A DNA stretch of 64,000 nucleotides from an uncultured virus (IMG/VR IMGVR_UViG_3300044609_001498) (IMGVR_UViG_3300044609_001498), one strand, 5' to 3'; positions 1 through 9,975 are shown, counted from the stretch's first letter. Numbers and translations: made by a program. Notes: generated by a model not told the origin, from the letters alone.

Positions 1-1
1 A

Positions 2-595
2 GGTTTTTGTAGTAATTGCTCTACCCTGACCGGAACCTGTTATAACTTCACCACTTTCGGCATCTACAAATCTAACTTGAAGACCGAGTTGAGTTACTTG
101 TTTGATTGTAACTCCCGAAGTCTCAACAACTTCTTCTTCGCCTACTGAAAAATCATAAACTTCAATATAAACAAAATACTTTGCAAGTTTGATTTTGCCT
201 TTTCCGTCTACTTTATTTTCGGTAAAACCTTTCGCAGAAGCTTTGAATTGGTTAACCATTCTTTCTTTAATCTCTAGCTTATCTTCAGTAAATACAAATC
301 TATCAGTTTCTTCTAGATATTCAAGAACAATATTAGTTACACCCATTCCAACTCTAGCGTCTTTAAGCTCGGGATACATTTCGTAGACTTCTTCACTGAT
401 TCCAATTTTTAAAATTTGAATTGGAATTTGAATAGTGTCTTCGTAAGGAGGAAGAGCTTCAAGGCTTTTCTTTTTCTCAAACCCTGCAGTATACTCCTCG
501 GTTTTAATTGTACCTATAGTCTGAGCGTGAGACTCTTTCGGAGTCCCACACCCATATACAAATAGAATCAAAAATGCAAATTTACCAAGGCGCAT
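2..595 (-). CDS. CsgG/HfaB-like lipoprotein (3' end runs off the window; absent from ORF track)
   Basis: Manual translation from ATG at 595: MRLGKFAFLILFVYGCGTPKESHAQ...VGMGVTNIVLEYLEETDRFVFTE...LGLQVRFVDAESGEVITGSGQG. Signal peptide with lipobox (VYGC) and CsgG-like motifs; frame open to the window edge. Confidence 0.6.
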   Translation of the reverse strand, partial: MRLGKFAFLILFVYGCGTPKESHAQTIGTIKTEEYTAGFEKKKSLEALPPYEDTIQIPIQILKIGISEEVYEMYPELKDARVGMGVTNIVLEYLEETDRFVFTEDKLEIKERMVNQFKASAKGFTENKVDGKGKIKLAKYFVYIEVYDFSVGEEEVVETSGVTIKQVTQLGLQVRFVDAESGEVITGSGQGRAITTKT

Positions 596-905
596 CTTCA
601 GTTTCGCTTTTCTTTTCAGGTTTCGCTGGAGTTGAAACTGGCTTTTCAACTACTCTCTCAACTACCTTTGTTCCTCCACCATTATTTGATGAATTGTTCT
701 GTGAAGAGTTATCAACACTTAAGTTGATAACTGGAGCGGGTGCTGGAGCAGCTACTTCAGTTTTAGGAGCTTCTTCACTTTCACTGCTGAATAGCGTTGA
801 AGTAAACCATGCTCCTCCTGCAGTTACTGCTGTTGTGATGGCTGCAATGATAGTCTTTTTAAGACCAGACCATGAACCATCATTTGTTTCTAGTTCTTCT
901 GACAT
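582..905 (-). CDS. small single-TM protein with low-complexity tail
   Basis: Hydrophobic segment TIIAAITTAVTAGGAWF; overlaps the next gene's start. Confidence 0.7.
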   Translation of the reverse strand: MSEELETNDGSWSGLKKTIIAAITTAVTAGGAWFTSTLFSSESEEAPKTEVAAPAPAPVINLSVDNSSQNNSSNNGGGTKVVERVVEKPVSTPAKPEKKSETEDAPW

Positions 906-929
906 AATTTATTTGTTTTTTTGGTTTGT

Positions 930-2843
930 TTATTGCTCTGCTACGATTGCTTTTGCAGCAATAGCTTCGTTATTAGTTTCAAGAACTACATAATACATTC
1001 CATCGATTAGACCTGATAAATCAACTCTATATTGATATGCTCCCGCTGGCATATTTTGTTGAACTACTTGAACTCTTCTAATTCCCATAAAATCATAAAA
1101 TGCAACACTAACATCGCTTTGTTCTGTGATGTTAAATTGTACAGTTGCTATATCAGCAACCGGATTAGGAAACAGTCTGATGTTCGCCTTATCAGTATTA
1201 ACAAAGGGATTGTCAACTGGACTAATCCTTAAAACTTCTACTCTGCCATCAGTTGGTGTAATTACCATATCTTTGGCTAATCTATCACCTGCAAATTTAC
1301 GAGTAACATATAATGGAGATTTACCCCATTCGTTTTTTGGTTTGATAGCATAAAACTGAAGAGTTATTGCGTGATCATCATTTTTTAAATTATTCTCTCC
1401 GCTCTGAGTTTCATATCCACCCCATTCTACAACACCATCGGCTGGGTTAAAAAATGTCATCCATTTACTTGATTGCTCGCTACCAATAATACTTCTAAAT
1501 TCAAGAAGATCTTTATCATATTTGATAGCTAATTGGAGGGCACCTAATTCATTTTCAGTTTTTACTTTAACTGGAATATTCACCAAGTTTCCTTCTTCAA
1601 CCTTTATTGATGGCATGTTAACTTCCATAGTTTTTAGACCAATTATATCGTACTCTACAGTTTGATCTATGATATAGTTGTTAGCATTGTTTGGATTAGT
1701 AATTTTAATAGGAACTGTTCTGGCCATTTTGAATCCAGTACCGTTAGCATCACCAGGAGCCAACACATAGAATGTAACTGAATCTTTTCCAGATCCGGTA
1801 ATCACAAATGCAAGATTAGTTGCGCCAGAGATAGAAGATCTATAGTTGGTGCTTGAACCGTTGATAGTGCTGTATTCAGATTGACTAAAGAATAAAACAT
1901 CTTTAACTGAATTAGCCCATCCAGTAAATCTACCTGCTACTCTACCAAATACTCCATATACATCTGATATTGTGATATTATTAGATCCGTTAATGTCTGC
2001 AGAATAATAATCAAATCCGGTAGGTTGATCTAGACCAAGAACGAATCTATTAATTTTCTGTGCATCTGCAGTAGATACAATGTTTCCGTATGATAGAGTA
2101 TCTCCCTTGATGTACATTCTGGCATCATAGTAAGTAGTATCCAGAGCTACTTTGTTAAATGCGAATCTGCCATCAGTTCCTGTAGTATCAAGAGCTACTT
2201 GAGACCAGGTACTTCCAGTTTTTGGTTTTCTTTCCAGAGCTACAATTACATTCTTAGTTGCTGATCCTGTTACGTTAGCCAGTTTACCTTTAAATGTAAG
2301 TGACTGCTTGATGAATTCACCACCGTAGCTGTGAGCTCCTAGAGTAGTATCGATAGCAGTTACTAAAGAAGCATATCTCGGAAAACTTGAAGTAGCAGAG
2401 AATTCTAGATCTGCAATAGTTCCATCAATATAATTCTGGAAATTAGAAGAGTGTTTGAAAGTAATTTCAAAAATTTCTCCGTTAGGAATAGAATATGTGC
2501 TGCTACTTCCGGTGTAAGATACAGTAAGAGTAATTACAGAATTTGCAGTATCAACATTCTGATTACTAAAGTGTGTGCTGGAATTTAACAATAAACTAAC
2601 TATTGGAGTTCCACCGTCAAATGCATTCCGATCATAAGCAATTCTAAATTGAAGAGCTGTGATTTTTGATGTTGTGGAATTTCCGTAGTGAATTTTAGCT
2701 TTTGTTTCACCGGCAGAAACGCTACCAATATTGTAGCTTGTGTCGATTAACGCCCATACTCCCGAAGAAGGAGTTGGGAGAGTTTGTGCAAATGACATTG
2801 CACTCATAAATAGTACAGTTACAGCTGTAAGTAATTTTTTCAT
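930..2843 (-). CDS. secreted cohesin/dockerin-like protein with T9SS type A C-terminal sorting domain
   Basis: Signal peptide MKKLL..AMSFA/Q (likely start 2843); cohesin-like segments (ALQFRIAYD; VNIPV..LGALQLAIKYDKDLLEF); dockerin-like ADINGSNNITISD; CTD LFPNPV..YDFMG..LSGLIDGMYYVVL. Confidence 0.8.
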   Translation of the reverse strand: MKKLLTAVTVLFMSAMSFAQTLPTPSSGVWALIDTSYNIGSVSAGETKAKIHYGNSTTSKITALQFRIAYDRNAFDGGTPIVSLLLNSSTHFSNQNVDTANSVITLTVSYTGSSSTYSIPNGEIFEITFKHSSNFQNYIDGTIADLEFSATSSFPRYASLVTAIDTTLGAHSYGGEFIKQSLTFKGKLANVTGSATKNVIVALERKPKTGSTWSQVALDTTGTDGRFAFNKVALDTTYYDARMYIKGDTLSYGNIVSTADAQKINRFVLGLDQPTGFDYYSADINGSNNITISDVYGVFGRVAGRFTGWANSVKDVLFFSQSEYSTINGSSTNYRSSISGATNLAFVITGSGKDSVTFYVLAPGDANGTGFKMARTVPIKITNPNNANNYIIDQTVEYDIIGLKTMEVNMPSIKVEEGNLVNIPVKVKTENELGALQLAIKYDKDLLEFRSIIGSEQSSKWMTFFNPADGVVEWGGYETQSGENNLKNDDHAITLQFYAIKPKNEWGKSPLYVTRKFAGDRLAKDMVITPTDGRVEVLRISPVDNPFVNTDKANIRLFPNPVADIATVQFNITEQSDVSVAFYDFMGIRRVQVVQQNMPAGAYQYRVDLSGLIDGMYYVVLETNNEAIAAKAIVAEQ

Positions 2844-2893
2844 CTTCCCCAAGATTTTTTTTTATTTATCTTTGGAGAGTGAAAATTATTGCT

Positions 2894-3055
2894 TTAAATA
2901 TCCCAGAATTTAATCCTTTCTCGAGACTTTTTTCGGGACTTTTCTTTCTTTTTGTCTTTTATAACCCTGGGTCTGAATCGACCGTCAAAAAAACCCTGCT
3001 CCTTAGCGGAATATCTTTCTCTTCCTTTTGCTAATTTGAGCAGTTTGTCTTTCAT
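2894..3055 (-). CDS. small basic protein, 53 aa (not in ORF track)
   Basis: Manual translation MKDKLLKLAKGRERYSAKEQGFFDGRFRPRVIKDKKKEKSRKKSRERIKFWDI*; fills the gap between two genes, A-rich leader. Confidence 0.7.
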   Translation of the reverse strand: MKDKLLKLAKGRERYSAKEQGFFDGRFRPRVIKDKKKEKSRKKSRERIKFWDI

Positions 3056-3058
3056 GTT

Positions 3059-3865
3059 TTATTTATCATACCTCATCCTCTTTAAGGATCTCTTTTGAGG
3101 TTTTCCATTAAAATCAATTGCATAGGGAGATTTAGATCCTCTCTCCACACAGTCGATAAAGGCGAGATGACAAACTACTTGGTTCCCGCTGTTTGATCTA
3201 TGGGTTCCAGCTATATGAATTTCAATATCAGAGACTGGAGTATGTCCTACAACTTGCGAAACTACTTCAGGATCGTTTATCAATTCTCTTTTGTCTGCCC
3301 AGAAAATTCCAGGATTTCTGCTTGAACCACCTCTACCATATCCTGCATAAAAGATAGGTTCATAATTCATCTTATAGAGAATATTAAGAGCATCTGCGTA
3401 GTTTTCGTATCCGATACCCTCTTCATCTAGAAATCTTTTATAAATTTCCCAGCTTCCGCGAGTCAGTCCTGCATGACTCCATAAAATATCTTCGTGTTGA
3501 TATGCAGCTTGAAAAAGATGAGAATTCATTCTCATAATTTCATTAAAATCAAACCACATCTCAGGTCTTATTCCACTACAGCGATATTTCTTATCAATAT
3601 AGTGAATATCATGATTTCCCAACAAGAGAACTACTTTATCGCCTAAAGTCTCTTTCAGATGAATAATCTCCATTATGTTATGCTTCATTTCAGCATTTGA
3701 AACCGTGAAAGAATCAAAATAGTCTCCGACGAAGATAATTTTGTCATGCTTGATTACCGAATGATCTTGGTCAGATCTCCATTTCTCATATCCGCCGCTG
3801 AATATAAAATCTTTCCAATTCGAAAGACCGTGAACATCTCCTATGCTTAATATACTTTTTATCAT
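3059..3865 (-). CDS. calcineurin-like metallophosphoesterase
   Basis: GDVHG, GDYFD, GNHD, SHAG and GHT motifs. Confidence 0.9.
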   Translation of the reverse strand: MIKSILSIGDVHGLSNWKDFIFSGGYEKWRSDQDHSVIKHDKIIFVGDYFDSFTVSNAEMKHNIMEIIHLKETLGDKVVLLLGNHDIHYIDKKYRCSGIRPEMWFDFNEIMRMNSHLFQAAYQHEDILWSHAGLTRGSWEIYKRFLDEEGIGYENYADALNILYKMNYEPIFYAGYGRGGSSRNPGIFWADKRELINDPEVVSQVVGHTPVSDIEIHIAGTHRSNSGNQVVCHLAFIDCVERGSKSPYAIDFNGKPQKRSLKRMRYDK

Positions 3866-3868
3866 ACT

Positions 3869-4246
3869 TTATTTTATTTGGGAATCTCCCTTCCATACTC
3901 GATAAGAATCTGAATCGAAATGTTGAGTAGAAACTTCAAAGACTACACCATCAGTAAGAGCTTCTAACTGGTGAGGTTGTCCAGGTTTTTGTCTTACTAC
4001 ATCACCGGGTTTAAGTTTAACTTCTACAGTTTCTGCGCTTTCAGTATCAATCCATCGATAGATGAATTCTCCTTTATCCACATACCAAGTTTCGTCTTTG
4101 ATCATGTGATAGTGCATTGAAAACTTGCAACCAGCTTTAAATATCAAAAGCTTTCCACAATAGAGCTCGTTATTTTCAATGATTAGCTCTTCTCCCCAAC
4201 CCTTCGGTACTTGACATCCACAGGTTACTACAGGTTTTTCTCTCAT
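3869..4246 (-). CDS. cupin domain protein (sugar isomerase-like)
   Basis: VPKGWG..SMHYH..KDETW..PHQL..FEVST cupin motifs. Confidence 0.8.
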   Translation of the reverse strand: MREKPVVTCGCQVPKGWGEELIIENNELYCGKLLIFKAGCKFSMHYHMIKDETWYVDKGEFIYRWIDTESAETVEVKLKPGDVVRQKPGQPHQLEALTDGVVFEVSTQHFDSDSYRVWKGDSQIK

Positions 4247-4809
4247 AATAGAAATTTTAAAATTTTATCTTTAATTCCAGATTGTTTAATACCTTCAACT
4301 GATGACGGGGTTAAAACAAAATTATCTAAACCCCAGTCTTTCCAATCCTCGCCAGTTTTACCCATGTTCAAGTCATCAATTGAAACCCAATGTGTAATTT
4401 CCGGATGGTCATGCAAGTATTGTTTAATTTCGATTACTCGTGTCATTTCTAAATCCCACTCAGGTGACCAGATCCAATTATTATACCACGTACACTGACC
4501 TAAATTTGGTGTAAGAGCAATCGGTTTTTTAATAATACCCTTTGACTCATAGTACTCTCCCATTTCTTCGCAAGTTGCCCAAAGTTTCCAATCAGAGCTT
4601 ACTACAATCTCTGCTCCTGTTTTTTCTAAGATTTCATTTAGAACTTTAACAGCCTTTTGATTAAAATTATCAAACCGGTACTCAACCGGCATTTCTAATG
4701 TGGTCATAGATAATTTACGACCACCCCACTTATTTTGTTTCTTAAATCTATTACCCCACTCTGTGGATAAACAGATTACACCATCATGATCTAAAAATAT
4801 TACTTTCAC
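4243..4809 (-). CDS. HAD-superfamily protein (Swiss Army Knife RNA repair-like HAD)
   Basis: IFLDHDGV, IVVSSDW and SIDD motifs. Confidence 0.8.
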   Translation of the reverse strand: MKVIFLDHDGVICLSTEWGNRFKKQNKWGGRKLSMTTLEMPVEYRFDNFNQKAVKVLNEILEKTGAEIVVSSDWKLWATCEEMGEYYESKGIIKKPIALTPNLGQCTWYNNWIWSPEWDLEMTRVIEIKQYLHDHPEITHWVSIDDLNMGKTGEDWKDWGLDNFVLTPSSVEGIKQSGIKDKILKFLL

Positions 4810-5102
4810 TCTCTTACAATATATTCTGAGTTTTGAGTTTTGAATCTGACAAATTCTAATAGTCCTTCTTCATTCTTTTTTTCTTCAATAATTTCTGTGA
4901 CTTTAGTAGTCAACCAATAATCTTGATTGGAATAAGATCTTGCGGTAACTGAACCTACTAAAAGAGAACATCCGACTACGGGTTTGTGATCTACAATTTC
5001 TTTAAAGGTTCCATCTTCATTCCAAGCTATTGCTTGAATGCGACCACCCTGCTCTTTAAATTCTTCTCTACCGTCTGGGTGTATTTTGATAAGTTTTGGC
5101 AT
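4806..5102 (-). CDS. hypothetical phage protein
   Basis: ORF with 4-nt overlap to the next gene; YWLTT..FKTQNSEY. Confidence 0.7.
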   Translation of the reverse strand: MPKLIKIHPDGREEFKEQGGRIQAIAWNEDGTFKEIVDHKPVVGCSLLVGSVTARSYSNQDYWLTTKVTEIIEEKKNEEGLLEFVRFKTQNSEYIVRE

Positions 5103-5156
5103 ATTATAAATTTAATTAAAAAAATCGAAAACAAAAAATAGAGCCCTTCTATTTGT

Positions 5157-5903
5157 TTAATCTAATTTTTCTCCGCAGCTAGGGCAGAATTTCCAAGTTT
5201 GTTTTTTAACACGAGTTCCACAATCAGAACAATAATTTCTAATCTTAGAAACTTCCACTGGTTTAGTAGATTCAGGTAAAATTTTCCACTCTGAACTCTG
5301 AAAATAAAAAGTATCAAAATTCATGTTACTAACTCCAAATGACTGATCAGAGGATTCTCCCATTTCTACTCTACCGGTTTCTAGGCTACATGTATTAGAA
5401 ACTGTAGTTGTGAATGATCCAGCTACCGAGGTTGCTATATTAGCATTTGAAAAAAACTGGATGTTGTTGGGGTCTGGGTGAGTAACTGGAATATACGGAG
5501 TTCCTGTTCCGTATGTGTAAGTTGGTTTGTATGTCCAATCTATTCCAGTAGACCATTTAGGAACTGTAAGTTGTTGTTCTCTAAAAAATTCAACCCTTAT
5601 CAGCCCATTGTTCGCAATAGCTGATGCCGTCTCGATTGAAGCATCGACTTTATAAGTCTCAAAGAGAAACTTATTGTTAGTGTCGATAAATCTGTCAAGA
5701 AAGAATCTTTGCCCAGGTTTTAGAATTAAACCTGAATTGCTAATGAGATTTCCGTTTAGCCAAATTTTGGCGAGAACATTTACAGTTTCACCATTGAATA
5801 GTTCGATTTCAAAATTACTGCCATCTTTCAGATAGACTGATTTTTCGTACGAACGAAGACGATTTCGGTTGAGCGCAATATGCGCAGAGGTGTTTGATTT
5901 CAT
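5157..5903 (-). CDS. hypothetical protein with C-terminal zinc ribbon
   Basis: C-terminal CSDC..FCPSCG; beta-rich N-terminal domain. Confidence 0.75.
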   Translation of the reverse strand: MKSNTSAHIALNRNRLRSYEKSVYLKDGSNFEIELFNGETVNVLAKIWLNGNLISNSGLILKPGQRFFLDRFIDTNNKFLFETYKVDASIETASAIANNGLIRVEFFREQQLTVPKWSTGIDWTYKPTYTYGTGTPYIPVTHPDPNNIQFFSNANIATSVAGSFTTTVSNTCSLETGRVEMGESSDQSFGVSNMNFDTFYFQSSEWKILPESTKPVEVSKIRNYCSDCGTRVKKQTWKFCPSCGEKLD

Positions 5904-6018
5904 ATTTTTTCTTTTTGTTAATCTTTTTGTAGCTTGTTGGAGCTACTCTAGGGCTGTAAACCCAAGACAAACATTAGAAGGGCTCTATGTAGTTTATATA
6001 TTAGAGAAAGAAAAAGGT

Positions 6019-6630
6019 TTAGGGAGAAGTAGGATAGAGTTTAAAGACAATAGTATTGGGTGATGGATTGTCAGTAACGACTGCCCAGAACATTATGTTT
6101 CCTACGCTAGGATCAGGTACATATCTAATACTATAAGGTGCTAATGGATCAGGTCCAATAGCTGGTAAGTTGTAAGGTGCTCCTAAACCCGTTAAATAGA
6201 TTTGTTCAAATATTTTTGTATATGTAGGAGTACTTCCACTCGTACCAGAAGATCCCGAAGATCCACTTGTCCCGGATCCACTAGTTCCAGATGATCCCGA
6301 AGTTCCAGGTGCTCCGGTTGCTCCCGAAGTCCCAGAAGTTCCGTTTGTACCAGAAGTGCCGTTTGTACCGGAAGTACCGTTAGTTCCGCTAGTTCCGCTA
6401 GTTCCTGAAGAACCTGAAGTTCCTGCTATATTAGATCTAACAAATTTAGTTCCATCCCATTGTAAAACTTCTCCCACAGAAATACCTGTCAAATCTACAT
6501 CTACTAGATCGCCAACAGAGTCTTCTCCTTTAATTAGATTGGAGTCTAACCAATCTGAGTAATCATCAGCAAGAGGTTTATCTCCTGTTTCGAATCTTTG
6601 TTTTAGAAAACTTCTAGATCTTTGGGACAT
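6019..6630 (-). CDS. Gly-Ser/Thr triplet-repeat fibre-like protein
   Basis: GTS/GSS/GTN repeats after an LVDVDL..GEVLQWDG fibre-type motif; late-type promoter upstream. Confidence 0.7.
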   Translation of the reverse strand: MSQRSRSFLKQRFETGDKPLADDYSDWLDSNLIKGEDSVGDLVDVDLTGISVGEVLQWDGTKFVRSNIAGTSGSSGTSGTSGTNGTSGTNGTSGTNGTSGTSGATGAPGTSGSSGTSGSGTSGSSGSSGTSGSTPTYTKIFEQIYLTGLGAPYNLPAIGPDPLAPYSIRYVPDPSVGNIMFWAVVTDNPSPNTIVFKLYPTSP

Positions 6631-6659
6631 TGTGTAGATTTTTTTTATATATCTACAGT

Positions 6660-8219
6660 CTAGTCTTTGCGGTTATCTATGTGAATAATAACTTGTTTGT
6701 AGTGTTCTAAAAAATGTTCATTCCACAAATCCCATTTGATGTTGACATTATCTATAGAATAGACTTCATGATTTGGGAATTCTTTTAAAAATACATCTCT
6801 AAAAAATCTGAACTTTTCAACATAATCATGATTATGTAGACGTATATGCCACTCGCCTGTTATTTTTTTCACATTATTTTTAATCCATTCTAGATTTTCC
6901 TGTGTAAAAATATCAAATTCTCCTCCTTCACAGTCTACTTTCAAAAAATCAATTTTTTCTATACTGTATAATTCTATGAATTTTTGAAATGTAATAGCTT
7001 CCATTGAGCTTTCTCCGCCGAATAGATGGTCATTTTCTACTGTGGAATTTACACTAGATATGCCTTTATTGATAGGAGTTGCGGGACTACCAATGATATT
7101 CTTAACTAAGATTTTAAATTCTCTTTCGCTAGGCTCAAAACAAAAAACATGTTTGGGTTTTTTGTGTAGAATTGAGTATGTAAAAGGTCCTACACTGGCT
7201 CCGATGTCGACTACTATATCATCTTTTTCTACTTCAAAAAATCTTTCATAACATTTGTCGATGAATATTTCTTTGGTTAATGATTCTTTGTGATATTGGC
7301 CCATGTGTTTATGAGAACCGTCAGGGTAAATGTGATATACATTAGAAGGTTCATCCATCCAACCCCATTCAAAATTTTCTATGTTCATAGGTTTGTTTTT
7401 TAGTATTATATCTACTAATTCGTTTATTTCTTTTTTATAATCATTATATGTCCTAGGACAATGCGCATCGATGTAATATCCTGATTTTAGTTTGTCAATG
7501 TCATAAATACCGTCTCTCTTCTGAGACTCTATTAAAATAGAATTTAGATTTGCTGTAGGAAAATTATGTCTATCGATTCTTTTTTCCGATTTCCACGGAG
7601 TTGTCCAATTTCTAACTAATTTAACAACATTTATTCCGTGATTAGTATTATCTACTTTGTCACCGAAATATAATTCATCTGTCCCCCACCCCAAATTAAG
7701 TTTTTGTAATGCATCAACATATTCTTCAAAACTCCTATCAGTGTTTAATACTTTATTGAAATTTTTTCCTTTGCCTATAATATAACAAATTGGATATCTG
7801 TTTTCACATGATTCATTGTGATTTTGGCACTCAATTCTTTCTAAATCATAAGCCTTGGAATCCATAATAATTAAAGACTCATCGTCAATGTTTTCTATTT
7901 GCTTTACGAAATAATCTTCGCTTATCATCAACATATCAATATCTGCGGTTAAGCAAATTTCATCAGGGAAGTATTTTGTGGCATACATACGAACCACCTG
8001 ACTTTGAAATGAAGTTATAATATCTGAGCAATTATTTTTGTTTATCTTTTTAACTATTCCTCCATGTGCATCTTTGTAAAAGTCGCTATCTTCATTCGTA
8101 ATGTGAAATAATACGGGTTCTGCTTTTAAAACTTCTCTAACCAATTTAGCCTGTATTGGCCAAAAATCAGCATATATTGGATTATCGTCTAACCCAAAAA
8201 TTACTTTACTTATTTTCAT
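6660..8219 (-). CDS. glycosyltransferase-like N-terminal domain fused to FkbM-family methyltransferase
   Basis: N-terminal ADIDM DxD motif and WGTDE; C-terminal VDIGASVG..FEP..KVDCEGGE. Confidence 0.75.
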   Translation of the reverse strand: MKISKVIFGLDDNPIYADFWPIQAKLVREVLKAEPVLFHITNEDSDFYKDAHGGIVKKINKNNCSDIITSFQSQVVRMYATKYFPDEICLTADIDMLMISEDYFVKQIENIDDESLIIMDSKAYDLERIECQNHNESCENRYPICYIIGKGKNFNKVLNTDRSFEEYVDALQKLNLGWGTDELYFGDKVDNTNHGINVVKLVRNWTTPWKSEKRIDRHNFPTANLNSILIESQKRDGIYDIDKLKSGYYIDAHCPRTYNDYKKEINELVDIILKNKPMNIENFEWGWMDEPSNVYHIYPDGSHKHMGQYHKESLTKEIFIDKCYERFFEVEKDDIVVDIGASVGPFTYSILHKKPKHVFCFEPSEREFKILVKNIIGSPATPINKGISSVNSTVENDHLFGGESSMEAITFQKFIELYSIEKIDFLKVDCEGGEFDIFTQENLEWIKNNVKKITGEWHIRLHNHDYVEKFRFFRDVFLKEFPNHEVYSIDNVNIKWDLWNEHFLEHYKQVIIHIDNRKD

Positions 8220-8815
8220 TGCTTTTTAACTTTAATAGTATCAAAACCACTTTCAATTTTATAATAACCGTGATTTCTTAATGAATCCATAATACTTTGA
8301 AATTCATTTTCATCGGTCAAAGAATTATATTCAAATAGTATTTCGTTAGGTAATATTGAGTTGGACGATAAAATATTTTGAATTATTTTACAGTCGTGTC
8401 CTTCAGTATCTATTTTTAATAAATAGACAGAAGTTATGTCGTAAATATCTATCAATGTAGACCAAGTAATACATTTACACTTAGAAGTTTTGTATATTGT
8501 AGATAAATTATGTTCTGCTAACTCTTTAAACGCTGTAGGGTGAGGATTTATAATAGAATTACAACCTCTTAACCAATGGGGGAGATCATATTTTTTTATA
8601 TCATCTGGAGATATCCAAAAAACGTCAGTTTCAAAGTTTGAATCGCTAATCGCGCAATTAACTTTAATGACATTGTCATTATTCGGTAAGTTATCTAAAT
8701 AATATTTTAGAGGTTCTATAGATATTCCAATTTTACCTGTTGTAGTTTCTAGCAGAGTATCAAAATCGCTAGTTCCTATTTCTATAAAGTCATACTTCAT
8801 TTGTTCTTTATCCAA
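8216..8815 (-). CDS. FkbM-family methyltransferase
   Basis: FIEIG, SIEP, NCAIS, LKIDTEGHD. Confidence 0.8.
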   Translation of the reverse strand: MDKEQMKYDFIEIGTSDFDTLLETTTGKIGISIEPLKYYLDNLPNNDNVIKVNCAISDSNFETDVFWISPDDIKKYDLPHWLRGCNSIINPHPTAFKELAEHNLSTIYKTSKCKCITWSTLIDIYDITSVYLLKIDTEGHDCKIIQNILSSNSILPNEILFEYNSLTDENEFQSIMDSLRNHGYYKIESGFDTIKVKKQ

Positions 8816-9735
8816 TTTTTTTTGATGTATTTTTCTTTATCAATAATACTAAAATCATATGAACGTATTAAAGCGTCATTAAGAAATATTTTTATTTTAT
8901 TGATTTCTTCAGTTCTACCGAGGGTGCGAGTCATCCAAGTTCCTTTGTTGTGATTGCTAAAAACTTTTACAGTATCATCGTTTATTATTACGCTAATATC
9001 GTTTATTCCAGTATGATTAAAATCAAAAAGGACAAAATTGTTTCCATCAGAAACTACTGTTATCCAGTCTTCTTCGTTTGTAGTATATTTATTTGTTTCT
9101 ATTTTTCCGCTTAATAAAGAAGAAACACCTTTACAGAAAGCTTTTTCTTCTCTTATCATTTTAAAATTAAAAGATTCAAGAATATTATCTTCTGATTCTT
9201 CTAAAAATAAATAGAAAATATTATCGCTAAGATCAAACCAATTTTCTTTGATTTTTTTAACATTAAAAGAAATTAACGGAAAGGAAGTATGTAAATCATG
9301 ATGTTCATACCATACCACTGAATATTCTTCTAATATTTGAGAGTTCTCTCTAAATTCAGTATCATCTATTATAAGACCATCATACTCTAAAAAATGAACC
9401 TTTTCGTATCCAAAAGATTTAGCTGCAGAAAGGCCATTTAAAATGAGAGATCCAGCTGCTATTAAATGATTAAAGTTTTTAAATTCGGTTGTTGAAATTT
9501 CCAGAGATTCGTTTCCAAACCACCATTTGATTTTTTGATCTAAATCTGTCAATAAAACATTCTTTTTCTGAAAGATAAAATAGTCAGATTTTTCAACTAC
9601 TTCATCTGAAATAGAACTGTGTGAAGAGATCATCACATCAAAATGTTCTCTGTCTATACTTTCTAAAAGATCATCTAATATAGAAATTCTTTCTGCGTCT
9701 GGCGTATATGCTGTTATAAGAATCAGATCCTTCAT
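8797..9735 (-). CDS. putative GT-A-like protein (local paralog family)
   Basis: KDLILITAY..DVMISSH..GYEKVHFLEYD shared with neighbouring genes. Confidence 0.55.
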   Translation of the reverse strand: MKDLILITAYTPDAERISILDDLLESIDREHFDVMISSHSSISDEVVEKSDYFIFQKKNVLLTDLDQKIKWWFGNESLEISTTEFKNFNHLIAAGSLILNGLSAAKSFGYEKVHFLEYDGLIIDDTEFRENSQILEEYSVVWYEHHDLHTSFPLISFNVKKIKENWFDLSDNIFYLFLEESEDNILESFNFKMIREEKAFCKGVSSLLSGKIETNKYTTNEEDWITVVSDGNNFVLFDFNHTGINDISVIINDDTVKVFSNHNKGTWMTRTLGRTEEINKIKIFLNDALIRSYDFSIIDKEKYIKKNWIKNK

Positions 9736-9975
9736 TTAATGTTGTATATTTTTAGGATATTTTTTCCTTAACCATCCAATAAACTCCCCATTTTCATCAT
9801 ATTCATTATCATAATAAGGTAATTTATCATTATATAGGATCTGCTTTAAGTATGGTTTTTACAAGGTCAGCTTGGATAGGCCAAAAGTCAGCGTAAGTCG
9901 GATTATCATCCATACTAAAAATTACTTTATCAATTTTCATTTTTTAACTTTAATAGTATCAAATCCCTTTCAATT
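9736..9975 (-). pseudogene. remnant: truncated copy of the 8216/6660 gene junction plus an orphan 3' end
   Basis: 9830-9940 encodes MKIDKVIFSMDDNPTYADFWPIQADLVKTILKADPI*, matching the N-terminus of 6660..8219; the preceding bases match the end of 8216..8815. Confidence 0.8.

Noticed and set aside
6356..6562. Plus-strand VPLVPE ORF
   Set aside because: Antisense shadow of the repeat protein 6019..6630
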